Below are positions 1 through 13,129 of a stretch of 64,000 nt of DNA, in pieces; the stretch's first letter is position 1, and the number at the start of each line of letters is the position of its first letter. The position numbers were made by a program, and so were the translations under genes. The DNA is from Malacoraja senta. Its lineage: Eukaryota. The stretch is from contig CM075989.1 of the NCBI GenBank assembly GCA_038087875.1, positions 22,880,001 to 22,944,000 of the forward strand. The letters are read 5' to 3'. The notes beneath the pieces are model-generated. The model made no database searches. It was not told where the DNA came from and saw only the letters and a program-made list of their open reading frames with translations.

Positions 1-100
1 TTGGAAAGAAATTCACAAGACAGCAAGTGTAATAGGGAAAAGCGATCAAAAATACGTCAAGGTCCAATTGACCAAATGTGAAGCTACAAGGCCAGCAAGT

Positions 101-385
101 GGCGGCACAGTGGTGCAGCGGTAGAGTTGCTGCCTCACAGCACCAGACACCCGGGTTCCATCCTAACCTCGGGTGCTATCTGTGTGGAGTTTGTACGTTC
201 TCCCCGTGACCTGCGTGGGTTTTCTCCAGGTGCTCCAGTTTCCTCCCACACTCCAAAGACGTACAGGTTTGTAGGTTAATTGGCTTGTTATAATTGTAAT
301 TGGTATAATAGTAAATAGTCCCGAGTGTGCCGGATAGTGTTAGTGTGCGGGGATCGCTGGTCGGCACGGACTCGTGCGCTGAAGG
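101..385 (+). mobile_element. HE1-like tRNA-derived V-SINE
   Basis: Head ggcggcacagtggtgcagcggtagagttgctgcctcacagc with A/B-box-like motifs, and central V-domain gtggagtttgtacgttctccccgtg...tttcctcccaca. More than 20 related copies in the window. Confidence 0.85.
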
Positions 386-399
386 ACCCAGGACAAGTT

Positions 400-800
400 A
401 TAGGATTAGAATTAGGCCATTCAGCCCATCGAGTCTACTCCACCATTCTATCATGGCTGATCTCTGCCTCCTAATCCCATTCTCCTGCCTTCTCCCCATA
501 ACCCTTGACACCCGTTCTAATCAAGAATTTGTCTATCTCTGCCTTAAAAATATCCACTGCCGGCCTCCACAGCCCTCTGTGGCAATGAGTTCCACAGGTT
601 AACTACCCTTTGACTAGAGATTAGAGAGATTAGAGAGATTAGAGAGATTCCTTTATTCCTAAAGTTCCTCCTCACCTCCTTTCTAAAAGAGCGCCATTGA
701 ATTCTGAGGCTGTGACCTCTGCTCCTAGACTCTCCCACCAGTGGAAACATCCTCTCCACATCCACTCTATCCAAGCCTTTCATTATTCTGTAAGTTTCAA
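400..800 (-). mobile_element. CR1 LINE 3' fragment with an internal 9-bp tandem expansion (about 615-650)
   Basis: Translates as GLDRVDVERMFPLVGESRSRGHSLRI...QRVVNLWNSLP (CR1 ORF2 C-terminus), followed by 3' UTR. Confidence 0.88.
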
Positions 801-979
801 CGACTCATACTCCTGATGTTGACAGCGTGATATTTTACATTGATCAATGATATAACCTTGGCAAATACATTCACTTCAGCCATGACAAACAAGGATTCAT
901 CTTTTATTATATGCACAGTGATCTGAGACTTGTGCAGTTACCATGGTGCAGTGTTAAGCCTAACCTAACCAAGCTGAGT

Positions 980-1557
980 AGGAAGGAACTGCAGAGAACT
1001 GCTGGTTTAAATCGAAGATAAGACATAAAAAACTGGAGTACCTCACCGGGACAGGCAGCATCTCTGGAGGGAAGGGATGGGTGACGCTTCGGGTCGAGAC
1101 CCTTCGTCAGACTGAGAGTCAGGGGAGAGGGAGGCACGGAGGGAAAAGCAAGTGTAAGGTGTGAAAACTAGACATCAAAGGGGATGAGATCAAGGAAGAT
1201 GTAGAATAGATCATTGTTAGGTTGAAGAAGATGACTCCGAAGCAAGCAGAGATAATACTTAAGCAGGGGAACAGTCAGACTGGTGGGAGAACTGGGAAGG
1301 GGAGGGATGGAGAGAGAGGGAAAGCAAGGGTTACTAGAAGTTAGGGAAGTCAATATTCATACCGCTGGGGTGTAAGGTGCCCAAGCGAAATATGAGGTGC
1401 TGTTCCTCCAATTTGCGCTGGGCCTCACTCTGACAATGGAGGAGGCCCAGGACAGGAATGTCAGTGTGGGAATGGGAGGAGGAGTTAAAGTGTTTAGCAC
1501 CCATCCCTTCTCTCCAGAGATGCTGCCTGTCCCGCTGAGTTACTCCAGCATTCTGTG
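980..1557 (-). mobile_element. Penelope-like element 3' end (GIY-YIG C-terminus, UTR, pseudo-LTR) plus a short inverted pLTR piece
   Basis: ORF 1334..1600 contains HFNSSSHS...LEEQHLIFRLGTLHPSGMNIDF, typical of PLE endonuclease C-termini. Hammerhead-like core at about 1083-1113. Inverted pLTR segment at 1498-1557. Confidence 0.8.
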
Positions 1558-2384
1558 CCAAACCAAGCTGAAAGGGATAATGGGCATTTTTCCCATCCAA
1601 CTGGACTGGATTATAGAGCGTAATCCCTCAGGCCAACAGGGGCAGAGTGCCCACCCTTTCTGTCGGGCTTTCGTGCAACTTTTCAGCTGAGATCTGGCCC
1701 TGTCCAACTTGACGTACAATGGATCTGCCACAGAGAGACTCTTCTTATTATTTTGGGCTGCAATTCACAAAAGATGAGCACCGAGATCGCTAAAGGATCC
1801 ACATATTAAAATATGCAGATGAGACATGGCAGAATAGGCATCAAATTCATATTACACCGAATCACAAAAAGAAATCTGATTTTTTTTTTCTCTTTTTTTC
1901 CAGAGCTCAAGTTGTTTTTTTGTGAGTGAAGTTTTCCGCCAGTTACATTATCGCTAAAGCCTTCTTGTAGCTGTCACCTGCAGTGAATATAATTACATCC
2001 TACCTACATCACGTACGCCCACATCTATCCACAGTGGGAGCAGGCAGCTTGCTGCAGGACCCAGCACACAATGGAAGAGAGAGATCCGGCTGACATGCAT
2101 CTCGGGAAGAAAGATCTGTGTGTCCGACTAATAAAAGTGACAGCTTCAGAAGGGAATGACAATCATGCCGCGCACGGTTACTGACGCGAGACGGCCGCAC
2201 TGTGCAAGTGAGTTCCATAGAGAGAGCACAGTTCATTCCACGTACAGTATCCGTCTCCAGAATTACCCCAAACGTCACCCATTCCTTTTTTTCCCCCAGA
2301 GATGCTGTCTGACCCCGTTGAGTTACTCCAGCTTTATTGAGTCTACCAACAATTTAATATCGTCGCGCTCAATTCATGTTCATG

Positions 2385-2870
2385 GGCGGCACGGTGGCGC
2401 AGCGGTAGAGTTGCTGCCCAATGGGCCTGTCCCACTTAGGCGACTCTTTAGGCGACTGCCAGGGACTACTTTTAATGGAATTCACCTACGACACCTGGCG
2501 ACAACCTACGACAGCAAAGATTGTCGCCAAAAATGTTTCAACATGTTGAACATTTTCAGGCAGTCGCCCAAAAAATCACCTAAGTGGGACAGGCCCATTA
2601 CAGCGCCAGAGACCAGGGTTCAATCCTGACCATGGGTGCTGTCTGTACGGAGTTTGTACGTTCTCCCATGAACGCGTGGGTTTTCTCCGGTTTCCTCCTA
2701 CACTACAAAGACTTGCAGGTTTGTCGGTTAAGTGGCTTCTGTAAATTGGCCCTAGCGTGAGGGAAACAAAACTGGTCTAACGTAGAACCCGTGCACGTGA
2801 GATCATTGGGCGGCACGGGCACAGTGGGCTGAAGGGCCTGTTTACATGCCGTACCTCTAAACTGAACTAA
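2385..2870 (+). mobile_element. HE1-like V-SINE interrupted by a MITE
   Basis: SINE head breaks after gttgctgcc and resumes at ttacagcgccagag (2598). Ends in a (aaact)n-like tail. Confidence 0.85.
2422..2597. mobile_element. PIF/Harbinger-like MITE
   Basis: 19-bp perfect TIR tgggcctgtcccacttagg / cctaagtgggacaggccca. Flanks caa / tta. Internal palindrome ttcaacatgttgaa. Confidence 0.8.
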
Positions 2871-3274
2871 AGGTCAGCGCACTGCCTTTTATGATCTCCT
2901 GATAGTTTGCCACATTGTCTCTGACGTTTTATTTCCAGTAAGACTCAGCGACAAGAAGGAAGAATAGGTGCACATTGCAAAAATGGGTGGAATGAGGACA
3001 AAGTATCTCGGTATTGTGAGCACACACAACAGTTTGACCATGGTGTGCAATGCAGAAGGAGCTTTCATAATCTGTGACAATGGCAACAGTCCTTAAGCCA
3101 CAGGGTCATAACAAAATATTACCTTCAGCATAAACCTTTGCAGTGTTCCTAACCTCTATAGAACACCGATAGTGGCAAACACATTGCTACTTAAATACAT
3201 CCACAAGTTTGAAGTTATTTATATATGAATGGGACAAAAGGTTATGAGGAAGACCTTCATAATCTGGAGTCTGC

Positions 3275-3870
3275 TTAGTTTAGTTTAGTTTAGTTTAGAG
3301 ATACAGCGTGGAACCAGGCCCTTTGGCCCAACGAGTCCACCCCGCCCAGCGATCACCCATACAGTAGTTCTATCCGACATTCAAGGGACAATTTACAGAC
3401 GCCCATCAACGTAACCTGTACGTCTTTGGAGAGTGGGAGGAAACCGGAGAACCTGGAGAGAACCCCCGCGGTCACAGGGAGAACGTACAAACTCCGTAGA
3501 TAAATTCGTAAGTTCTGGAGCAGAATTAGGCCATTTGGCTCATCAGGTCAACTCCGCCATTCAATCATGGCTGATCTATCTTTCCCTCTTAACCCCAGTC
3601 TCCTGCCTACTCCCCATAACCCCTGACACCCGTACTAATCAAGAATCTATCTATCTCTGCCTTAAAGATATCCAATGACGGCCTCCGCAGTCGTCTGTGG
3701 CAATGAATCCCACAGATTCACCACTAAAGAAATTCCTCCTCGTCTCCTTTCTAAAGGAACGTCCTTTTATTCTGAGGCTGTGCCCTCCGTCAGACAGCGC
3801 CCGAGGCCAGGATCGAACCCGGGTCCCTGACGCTGTTCGGCAGCATCTCTACCGCCGCCCCACGGCGCCG
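3275..3870 (-). mobile_element. V-SINE with nested CR1 3' fragment (about 3500-3785)
   Basis: Reverse SINE with (tttag)n tail. The CR1 UTR/ORF end is inserted between duplicated ctccgt. Confidence 0.8.
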
Positions 3871-4559
3871 CTCGGAATAGAAATAGTGGGGCAGAAAGTG
3901 CGGTGGTGGACTATGCCTGTCACCAGCTGGCAACTGTTCCCTAGTGGGTCATGCCACACACTGTCGTTCACTGCTGCCCATGGCTAAAACCACACATGTT
4001 GGCGCACTTCACCAACTCCAAGATGGTCAGGGAGACGACATCAGGCAAGAGGTGAAGAAGTGTGAAAGAAAGAACTGCAGATGCCGGAAAAATCGAAGGT
4101 CGTCAAAAAAAATGCTGGAGAAACTCAGCGGGTGAGGCAGCATCTATGGAGAGAAGGAATAGGCGACGTTTCTTCATAGATGCTGCCTCACCCGCTGAGT
4201 TTCTCCAGCTTTTTTTGTCCACCTCCAGATTCAGGGACAGTTCCTTCCCAGCTGTTATCAGGGAACTGAACCGTCCTCTCACCAACTAGAGAGCAGTCCT
4301 AACCTCCCCACAACCTCATTTCGAGACCCTGGGACTATCTTTAATCGGACCATAATGGACTTTATCTTACAATAGACGTTATTCCCTTCATCCTGTATCT
4401 CTACATTGCAGAGGGCTTGATTGTGATCAGGCACAGTCTCACTGCTGACTGGTTAGCATGCAACAACAAGCTTTTCACTGTCCCTTGGTACACGTGGCTG
4501 TAAACTAAACAAACCTAAATGAAGGAAATAAAACTAAAAATACTCTTCAGGTCTTCTTC

Positions 4560-5200
4560 TTGTCTATTCAATGGTGTTACACTCAGTGGTGTTCAGACCT
4601 AGTTTTACACAAAACCCCCTTGCCACTCATGTGGCCCCTAGGGTGATATCCCTTCCCTTGTCCCCAACGGACTATGCCTCTCAATGTCCAGCAGCGGAAG
4701 GACCCTAGACTGTGGTCCTCCCCCAAGGAGCCTTGGCGTTGGCTGCACCGAGCTTCAGTGCGTCCCTCAGCACGTACCCCTGCAGTGTGGAGCGTGCCAG
4801 TCGGCAACTTTCCCCGACGGACATCCCGCTCTACTGGGAGTTCAACGAGTTTCAGGCAGACCAGCGATGGCTGTCTTTCACTGAACTGATGTTCTTCCAG
4901 CAACATTTGACGTCCGTCTCCGAGTGTGTCCCTGGGAACAGTCCGTAAATCGGAGAGTCTTCTGCTATGGAGTTGCTTGGGATGAACTGTGACAAGGATC
5001 CATGCATCATTCCCCAGACACCTTGCCACATATCCATACTCTGTGAAGTGGTGGGCAGCCGTCTCCTCTCCAGAGCAGCCTCCCAGAGGACAATGGGCCT
5101 CGGTGGTAAAGACAACGAGGCTGCAGGTGGGATCAGACCGAGATGTCCCTCTCTCTGCCAGCTGAGAGGGGTCTTGGTGCATTGTGCATTGTGCATTGGA
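4560..5200 (-). mobile_element. Degenerate L1/Tx1-clade retrotransposon ORF2 3' end
   Basis: Frameshifted translation gives CPLGGCSGEETAAHHF (zinc-knuckle-like) ... SLSQFIPSNSIAEDSPIYGLFPGTHSETDVKCCWK ... YVLRDALKLGAANAKAPWGRTTV*. Resembles Tx1-type ORF2 C-termini as recalled. Confidence 0.7.
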
Positions 5201-5640
5201 AAATTGGACGACTTGTGTATTGGAAGATTGGGCACTGAGCTGCTCCCGGGGTTTTACAAGCAGCCCACGCTAGTTCCACCGATGAAAATCAACCCCTGAG
5301 CCTTCGAGGGAATGGAGTGCCTCAGGATTATCATGATAGTTCCCAAGGGTTCGAAGGAATTCCCTGTTTTAGCATTTAATTCAAAAGCCATCTGATGCCC
5401 AGGATTATAAAGAAGAGGGAGGAAGCCTTGTGCATTATCTTCATGAATCAAGGGGCTATAAACATGTACATCATCTAACACAGAGATCATTTGTGTATCG
5501 GAAACAAAGGGATTTACTACAGGAAGACAGTGCACCGTGCCTGAAGGCATTTTTCTAATCTTCCATTTGCTGCCATTATCTAACAGAACACTGCACTTCT
5601 TGTTAAATGCAAACTAGAAAAGTGGAATGAAATGACCTAC

Positions 5641-5760
5641 CAAAAAGGCGATTAAACTTCTCAGAGTGGATTCCCACTCAAAGCAACTCTGGACGTAACG
5701 CGCCGTGCCCAATAACGTTCTAGTGATGTTGCGCACTCGCCTAAGGTTCCTCGTCAACAC
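5641..5760 (-). CDS. MCTP2: MCTP2 coding exon (120 nt): VLTRNLRRVRNITRTLLGTARYVQSCFEWESTLRSLIAFL
   Basis: tttgcag acceptor, gtaggt donor. SCFxWESTLRS motif preceding the transmembrane region. Confidence 0.95.
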
Positions 5761-6410
5761 CTGCAAACATCAAGTAAACAGAATGTGGAAACAAAAGATC
5801 TGGTTTATACCAAAGATGGACACCAGAGTGCCAGAGCAACTCAGCGAGTCAGGCAGCATCTTTGGAGATAAAAAGGTTAGGTGACGTTTCAGGTCGGGAA
5901 CACTTCAGATTGAACAAGTATCAGAAGGAGGGTCTCGACCCAAACATCACCCATCCTTTTTCTCCAGACATGCGGCCTGACCCACTGAGTTACTGTCTAT
6001 CTTTAGAATGAGAACAGAGTACCACGGCTCTGCTCTACAGCAGCACCTGCCTACCCGTGCATCGCTTGTGGCTCGATGGGATCTGGTTTCTATGAAAGGA
6101 TTTGGTTCCACACTGGGCACCGTCGCAGAGGTAGACAAGGACGGAGTTTACATGCACCGCTCCGTATCTCATCCTCTTTCAGCTTTCAGATGTGGTGTTA
6201 AACTGCGATTGGTCCTGGGGGGCTTTGATGGGCAGTGGAGAATCCCACCGCATTTATCCCACCATCAATACCTCAAACGTGTGATCCAGTTGTTATCAGG
6301 TTTCTGCTTGAGGAACCTTGCTGCGTTGTGTACAAACGGGCTGTGGTTGCACAATGACTTACACTTCACAAGCATTCCATGAGCTGCTGTAAAAGTGGGT
6401 GCATCTGTCT

Positions 6411-6870
<460 letters not shown>

Positions 6871-7399
6871 CTGTATAAATACAATAGACCCTAATAGACA
6901 CTGGTGTGTCATGGCATAAGCTAGTGATACAGAACAGCCTTAGTGGGAATTGTTTACTCACTGAAAGAAAGATGAGAATAGCTGGGCTTTCAAATATAAA
7001 AACATTGCTTTCACATATCTTGACTGAATGGTTTGAAGGTATAGTATTATAGTCTGCTTCAAAAGGTAATAACACACATTTTGAAGACTGCAGTGCTTTC
7101 AAAAATAATGGCTACATTTCACAATGGGAAGGTTGGTACATGCGATGTAATTCACCCTCTTCTCCCTTTCAGTTTGGTTCATTTCATGCATTGTCCACAG
7201 TGACGGGAGGCAATCGGAACTTTATCCCCTACTTCCGAGACCATGTGGTTGGTGTTGGGATTTGAGGAGGCTCCACTCACAACAAGCCGACTTACAAGAC
7301 CTGCCGATATCCTCACCCTGCCTGCTGCTATATCATGCTATTCAAGGGGCAATACAGATTTGGTGAACAAAAGCAGAGAATCAAGATTGAAACACGAGG

Positions 7400-7720
7400 A
7401 ACACAGTCTCTTGCCCAGAGTAGGGGAATCAAGAACTAGAGGACACAGGTTTAAGGTGCAGAAGGAAAGATTTAATAGGAATCTGAGGGGTAACATTTTC
7501 ACGCAAAGGGTGGTGGGTGTATGGAACGAGCTGCCAGAGGAGGTAGTTGAGGCAGGGGACTACCCCAACATTGAAGAAACATTTAGACAGGTACATGGAT
7601 AGGACAGGTTTAAAGGGATGTGGGCCAAACTCAGGCAGGTGGGACTAGTGTAGATGGGGCATGTTGGTCGGTGTGGGCAAGTTGGACCAAAGGGCCTGTT
7701 TCCACGCTGTATGACTCTAT
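7400..7720 (+). mobile_element. CR1 LINE 3' fragment (HER1-like tail shared with the SINE)
   Basis: PRVGESRTRGHRFKV...QRVVGVWNELPEEVVEAG. Tail gaccaaagggcctgtttccacgctgtat resembles SINE 3' ends. Confidence 0.85.
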
Positions 7721-8407
7721 GAAGTATAGACGATGGAACCTTGAGCATGCCATGAAGTGCTGGAGGAACTCAGCAGGTCAGGCAGCATCTGCAGAGGGAA
7801 TGGACGGGTGATGTTTTGACACGGGACCCTTCTTCAGATTAATGGAGAGATTTTCCAAAAAAATAAGATAAGGACTAGGAATTGACTCGTCTTCTTTTTA
7901 CACGTTGTTTTATTGCATGGATCTAAGTAGAAATAGAAACTAGTCCTGAGGAGAGAATTCTGGTCGGCCCTTTGAGATTGTCACTGTACATCTCTACAAA
8001 TAAATGAGAGTAACATAAGAAAGATTAATGTTTCTGTATTTTTCCTGCAACTTTTCAAGAGAGAGTTAGATTTAGCTCTTAGGGCTAACGGAATCAAGAG
8101 ATATGGGGAAAAAGCAGGAACGAGGTACTGATTCTGGATGATCAGCCTTGATCATATTGAATGGCGGTCCTGGCTCGAAGGGCCAAATGGTCTACTCCTG
8201 CGCCTGTGTTCTATGTTTCTATGTTTTCTATGTAACTTTCACTTAATCCAAACGTTCCTCTATGAGCATTAATGCTCGATTATTTGTTGCTGTAAAACAG
8301 GGAGTCCTTGAAGCAGCACAAATCTCAGAACACATGGACTTTAAAAACAGTGATTGCAAATCTGCAGATTTATCAATTATAGTTGTTCGTCGAAAAAGTT
8401 GAAATAC

Positions 8408-8482
8408 CTTCTTTGAAAACTTGGGATTTTCATCCAACTTCCTTGGTTCCTTTGGTTTGAAAGTTCTGAGGCTGGCCTTAAT
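8408..8482 (-). CDS. MCTP2: MCTP2 coding exon (75 nt): IKASLRTFKPKEPRKLDENPKFSKK
   Basis: ttttccag acceptor, gtattt donor. KASxRTFxP.E motif. Confidence 0.94.
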
Positions 8483-8509
8483 CTGGAAAATAAAAATAAC
8501 AAATATTGA

Positions 8510-8920
8510 GCATTATTGTCACGTGTACCGAGGTACAGTGAAAAGCTTTTGTTGTGTGCTAACCAGTCAGCGGAAAGACTATACAGGATTACAATCGTGC
8601 CATCCACACTGTACAGATATATGATAACGGGTGGAACATGAATAACATCCAGTGCCAGGTAAAGTCTGGTAAAATCTGATTAAAGATAGTCCAAGGGTCT
8701 CCAATGAGGTAGATAGTAGCTCACGCCTGCTCTCTAGTTGGTGATAGGACGGATCAGTTGCCTGATAACAGCTGGGAAGAAACTGTCCCTGAATCTGGAG
8801 GTGTGCGTTTTCACACTTCTGTACCTCTTGCCCGATGGGAGAGGTGAGAAGAGGAAGTGAGACTGGTCCTTAATTATGCTGCCGGCCTTGCCGAGGCAGC
8901 GTGAGGTGTAGATGGAGTCA
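8510..8920 (-). mobile_element. Rex1/Babar-type LINE 3' fragment
   Basis: DSIYTSRCLGKAGSIIKD...LPSGKRYRS...[14 protein letters not shown] followed by UTR ending gtgacaata. Confidence 0.75.
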
Positions 8921-10887
8921 ACACAATCAGGATTGATGGCCATGTCTCTGGTGCTGCAAGGCAGCGCCACCGTGCCGCCCTTAAGACCACTTAGCGCCAG
9001 TCCCACATGCTCCCAGTATTCCAGACATCTCTACCGCTCTCTGCTCCAAGCTCTCAGCAAGTGAATTAGCAGAACTCATTAACCAGAATTTATTCCAGAG
9101 CCCCAATCTAACTTCATGAGTTCAAGGCACAGAATTAGGCCATTCAGCCCACCAAGTCATAACGCCCCGACACCCTGTTCATTTCCCCCTCCAGTTGCTG
9201 CCTGACCTACTGAGTTCTTCCAGCAGTTTGTCTTTTAATTAGCAGAACAGGGCTCACAGGCGTCTAGGGAATCTGCTTTGGAAGGATTTAGTTCCTCGTG
9301 CGAGAGAAATGCGTAAATCAGCCGTGAATAGCTGCGGGAGCACTCGGCAGCTACAACTCTGACCTTAGGATACGCTCTTCCGACGTGTGGAATGCTTCCC
9401 AATTTATGGCATGGCTGCGCTGAACTGAAGGTTCTTCTCACATGCGGAAGGTTTCCTGTCCCAGTGGGACAGCCGCAGATTGGGGAACATAAGCAAACAG
9501 TGTTCTAAGAAGTTCAAACGAGGTACATGTGACTGAGAGCATCCAGCCAGGCCTTTGATCTTCTGCCCTGAGCGATTCCCAGAGTTTTGCCGCTCCAATA
9601 TCCAACTCTGCCAATGGTCCCACAGAAGCAATAATGAAAAGAAATGCAAAGCAATATTGCACTTCCCTTTTTAACGTACTGTGGTCTGGAAGAACTGAGA
9701 CTAGCCACCATTTCCTGCTGCCCCCCTCAAAGAAAATTAGGAACTACCAATATTAGACAATGTTACGCTCCTGTATATTTTCCTCGGTTATTTAAACACT
9801 GCTTGGTTGCCTCTGGCAAAACCATCCTGGCTCATTAATACAGCACAGGCACCGCAGCGGCAGAGTTGCTGCCTCACAGTGCCGGAGACCCGGGTTCGAT
9901 CCTGGCCGCGGGCGCTTGCCTGTACGGAGTTTGTACGTTCTCCCCTTGGAATGCGCGGGTTTTCTCCGGCTGCTCCGCTTTCCTCCCACATTCCAAAGCC
10001 GTACGTGATTGTAGGTTAATTGGCCTGGTATCGCTGGCCGACACGGACTTGGTGGGCCGAAGGGCCTGTTTGCGCGCTGTATCTCTGATCTGAAAAGTTA
10101 CCATTCCATCTTTACACAAAGAAAAAGTGAATTTCACCACTGTCATGGTCAAACACTATTTTCAATTATCAAAGAAAGTGTTTCAGAAATGTCAATGATT
10201 GCATGTCCTCAAGCTCAAGGGAAATAGATACCTTGCTGAGGCTTTACAAGATGTTGGTGAGGCTACGTTTGGAGAATTGTGAGCAGTTTTGGGCCCCATA
10301 TCTGACAAAGGAAGTGCTGGCTCTGGAGAGGGTCATAAGGTCCTAAGGAATAGCAATAGAATTAGGCCATTCAGCCCATCAAGTCTACTCCGCCCTTCAA
10401 TCATGGCTGATCTATCTCTCCCTCCTAAGCCCATTCTCCTGCCTTCTCCCCATAACCTCTGACACCTGTACTAATCAAGAATCTATTTATCTCCGCCTTA
10501 AAAATATCCACAGACTTGGCCTCCACAGCCTTCTGCAGCAAAGAACTCCACAGATTCACCACCCTCTGACTAAAGAAATTTCTCCTCATCTTCATAAAAG
10601 AACATCCTTTTATTCTGAGGCTGTGGCCTCTAGTTCTAGACTCTCCCACTGTTGGTTTGTACCGAAGATAGACACAAAATGCTGGAGTAACTCAGCAGGT
10701 CAGGCACCATCTGTGTGGAGAAGAGGATGGGTGGTATTTCGGGTCAGAGGGAGAACTGGCTTTAAGTGGCAAATGTAGCTCCTCATCATTCATCACTGTG
10801 GTCACCAAGTCCTCTTGGCAAATTGGTGGCAGACGCCCACCATCAAGCATGGTTACGAAACAGACCTGCAGGGCCAGAGTCACTCAC

Positions 10888-10989
10888 TGGGTTAGAGATT
10901 ATGTCCATCTGTAAGTAGAGAACTCCTTTCCCCGCTTGTCCCAGCTTCCTGTTCTTCAGCACGTATCCAGTCCGCTGCCCATTCTTGAT
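10888..10989 (-). CDS. MCTP2: MCTP2 coding exon (102 nt): [34 protein letters not shown]
   Basis: ctctag acceptor, gtgagt donor. YVLKN...KGVxYL marks the end of C2C. Confidence 0.95.
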
Positions 10990-11534
10990 CTAGAGTCACA
11001 AAGCACAGCACACCATGGAATCAGGAGTGAAGGATGAAACATCACAAGGTCCCTTCAACATCAACCAGCAAGTCACCGCAATGGTTAATGGGCAAATGGA
11101 CTGTTACACTCAAGGTAGACACAAAATGCTGGAGTAACTCAACGGGACAGGAAGCATCTCTGGAGAGAAGGAATGGGTGACGTTTTGGGTTGAGACCCTT
11201 CTTCAGACTCAAGGCATTTGAATGTGACTGGAACTGTTCTGCATTACCCATTCCTTCTCTCCAGAGATGCTGCCTGACCCGCTGAGTTACTCCAGTGTTT
11301 AGTGTCTATCTTCAATGTAAACCAGTATCTGCAGTTCCTTCCAACATTGTTCAGTGTCAATGCTTCATTTCACATTAAGGTTGGTGAGAAAGTTCATTTC
11401 GATCACTTCCTTCATAAACCACATTACTTTATTTCAAACTCTCAGGCTGGATTATTGTAGTTATTATAATTATTGATGATGGACTTCGCTCATTTTAAGC
11501 CTGAAGAAGAGTCCCAACCCGAAAAGTCATGGTC

Positions 11535-11980
11535 GGGTGGCGCAGCTTTGTTCAAGAAGGATCTGCAGATGCTGGAACATCGAAGGTAGACAAAACTGCT
11601 GGAGAAACTCAGCGGGTGCAGCAGCATCTATGGAGCGAAGGAAATAGGCAACGTTTCGGGACGAAACCCTTCAGGAAGGAACGTTGCCTATTTCCTTCGC
11701 TCCATAGATGCTGCTGCACCCGCTGAGTTTCTCCAGCAATTTTGTCTAGCAGCGGTAGAGTTGCTGCCTTACAGCGCTTGCAGCGCCGGATACCCGGGTT
11801 CGATCCCCACTACGGGTGCTGTCTGTGCAGAGTTTGTACGTTCTCCCCGTGGGTTTTCTCCGAGCCTCGGTTTCCTCCCACACTCCAAAAACGTGCAGGT
11901 TTGTAGGTTAGTGTTAGTGTGCGGGGATCGCGGGTCGGTGCGGACTAGGTGGGCCGAAGGGCCCGTTTCTCTAAACTAAA
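11535..11980 (+). mobile_element. V-SINE whose head is interrupted by a PLE hairpin element (about 11547-11748)
   Basis: gcagc is duplicated on both sides of an inverted-repeat insert. The SINE resumes at agcggtagagttg. Confidence 0.78.
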
Positions 11981-12769
11981 CTTGCCCGCTGAGTTACTCC
12001 AGCACTTTGGGTCTTTCCCACTCATCTCAACTAAAATAGATGCGTAGGGAGATGGGAAATGAAACGAAGTAAAGCCACGGCAAGGGATTTCCTGAGAATT
12101 ACTTCAGTAGGTACCTGCAAACCATCAAACAAGGGAACATGACGTTTTATCTGGATTTATTGAATCAGTGGGAAGATTAGCATCTAGACTGAGTACCAGC
12201 AATTCCAATCTACTTATTCCTGCATTTGTTCACACTAATCTTGACTCAAATCCACATTTCAAGGGCGGCACGGTGGCGCAGCGGTAGAGTTGCTGCCTCA
12301 CAGCGTCAAAGACCCGGGTTCGTACCGGACTACAGGTGTTTTCTTTGCACGGTCCCCCTGTGACAGAATGGGTTTTCTCCGGGTGCTCCGGTTTCCTCCC
12401 ACATTCCACAGAGTGCAGGTTTGTAGATGAATTGGCTTGTGTAAATTGTGAATGGTCCCGAGTGTATAAGATGGTGCTCGTGCACGGGCTGATCGCTGGG
12501 CGGCGCGGACTCGGTGGGCTGAGGGGCCCGTTCCCACGCTAAACCTCTAACGTCTTAAGTCTAAAGTGTTGTGGAGGCAGATGCCATAGAGGGATTTAGG
12601 AGGCTTGTAGATAAGCACATAGGGAACGGTAGAACATGGACCAGGTGCAAGCAGAGATTAGTTTAACTTGGCATCATGTTCAGCTTGGACATTGTGGGCC
12701 GAAGGCTCTGTTTCTGCTCCAACTGCAAAGTCCGATCCTGGCACAAGGTATCTCTCCTAAAAAATGTAG

Positions 12770-12865
12770 CCACTGGTTATTAGTTGACCACTGGTTATTA
12801 GTTGACCACTGGTTATTAGTTGACCACTGGTTATTAGTTGACCACTGGTTATTAGTTGACCACTG
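12770..12865. repeat. Tandem 18-mer ccactggttattagttga, about 5.3 perfect copies
   Basis: Directly visible. No spacers. Confidence 0.95.
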
Positions 12866-13129
12866 TCAGTCGAGTGAATGGCAGGTGCTCACTCTTTAGA
12901 AATGTTCAGCGTGTACTTAATCCGAGGGGAAGGAGTTTCTTGTACTGATTTTACACTTGTTTAAATAGTGTTGACTATTGCCTTGTAAATGCAACCTTGT
13001 TAGAAGCTCCTCAAGTTAATAAACCCCAAGGGTCTCATTATGGTTAACAGAGTGGCTTCATTGATTGATAGAATACTTCTCTCATGTTCCCAACTCATAG
13101 CAACCACCAATATAATTTGGAGATACTTA

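Noticed and set aside
3215..3256. Minus-strand aag|GTC TTC CTC ATA ACC (VFLIT) resembling the start of the next MCTP2 exon
   Set aside because: Stop codon after 11 codons, no polypyrimidine tract and no further similarity. The real exon probably lies beyond position 1.
12263..12335. tRNA-like sequences with A/B boxes (many copies)
   Set aside because: Heads of V-SINEs, always followed by the V-domain, so not tRNA genes.
12770..12865. Possible CRISPR-like array
   Set aside because: Head-to-tail 18-mers with no spacers in a vertebrate intron, and no cas genes.
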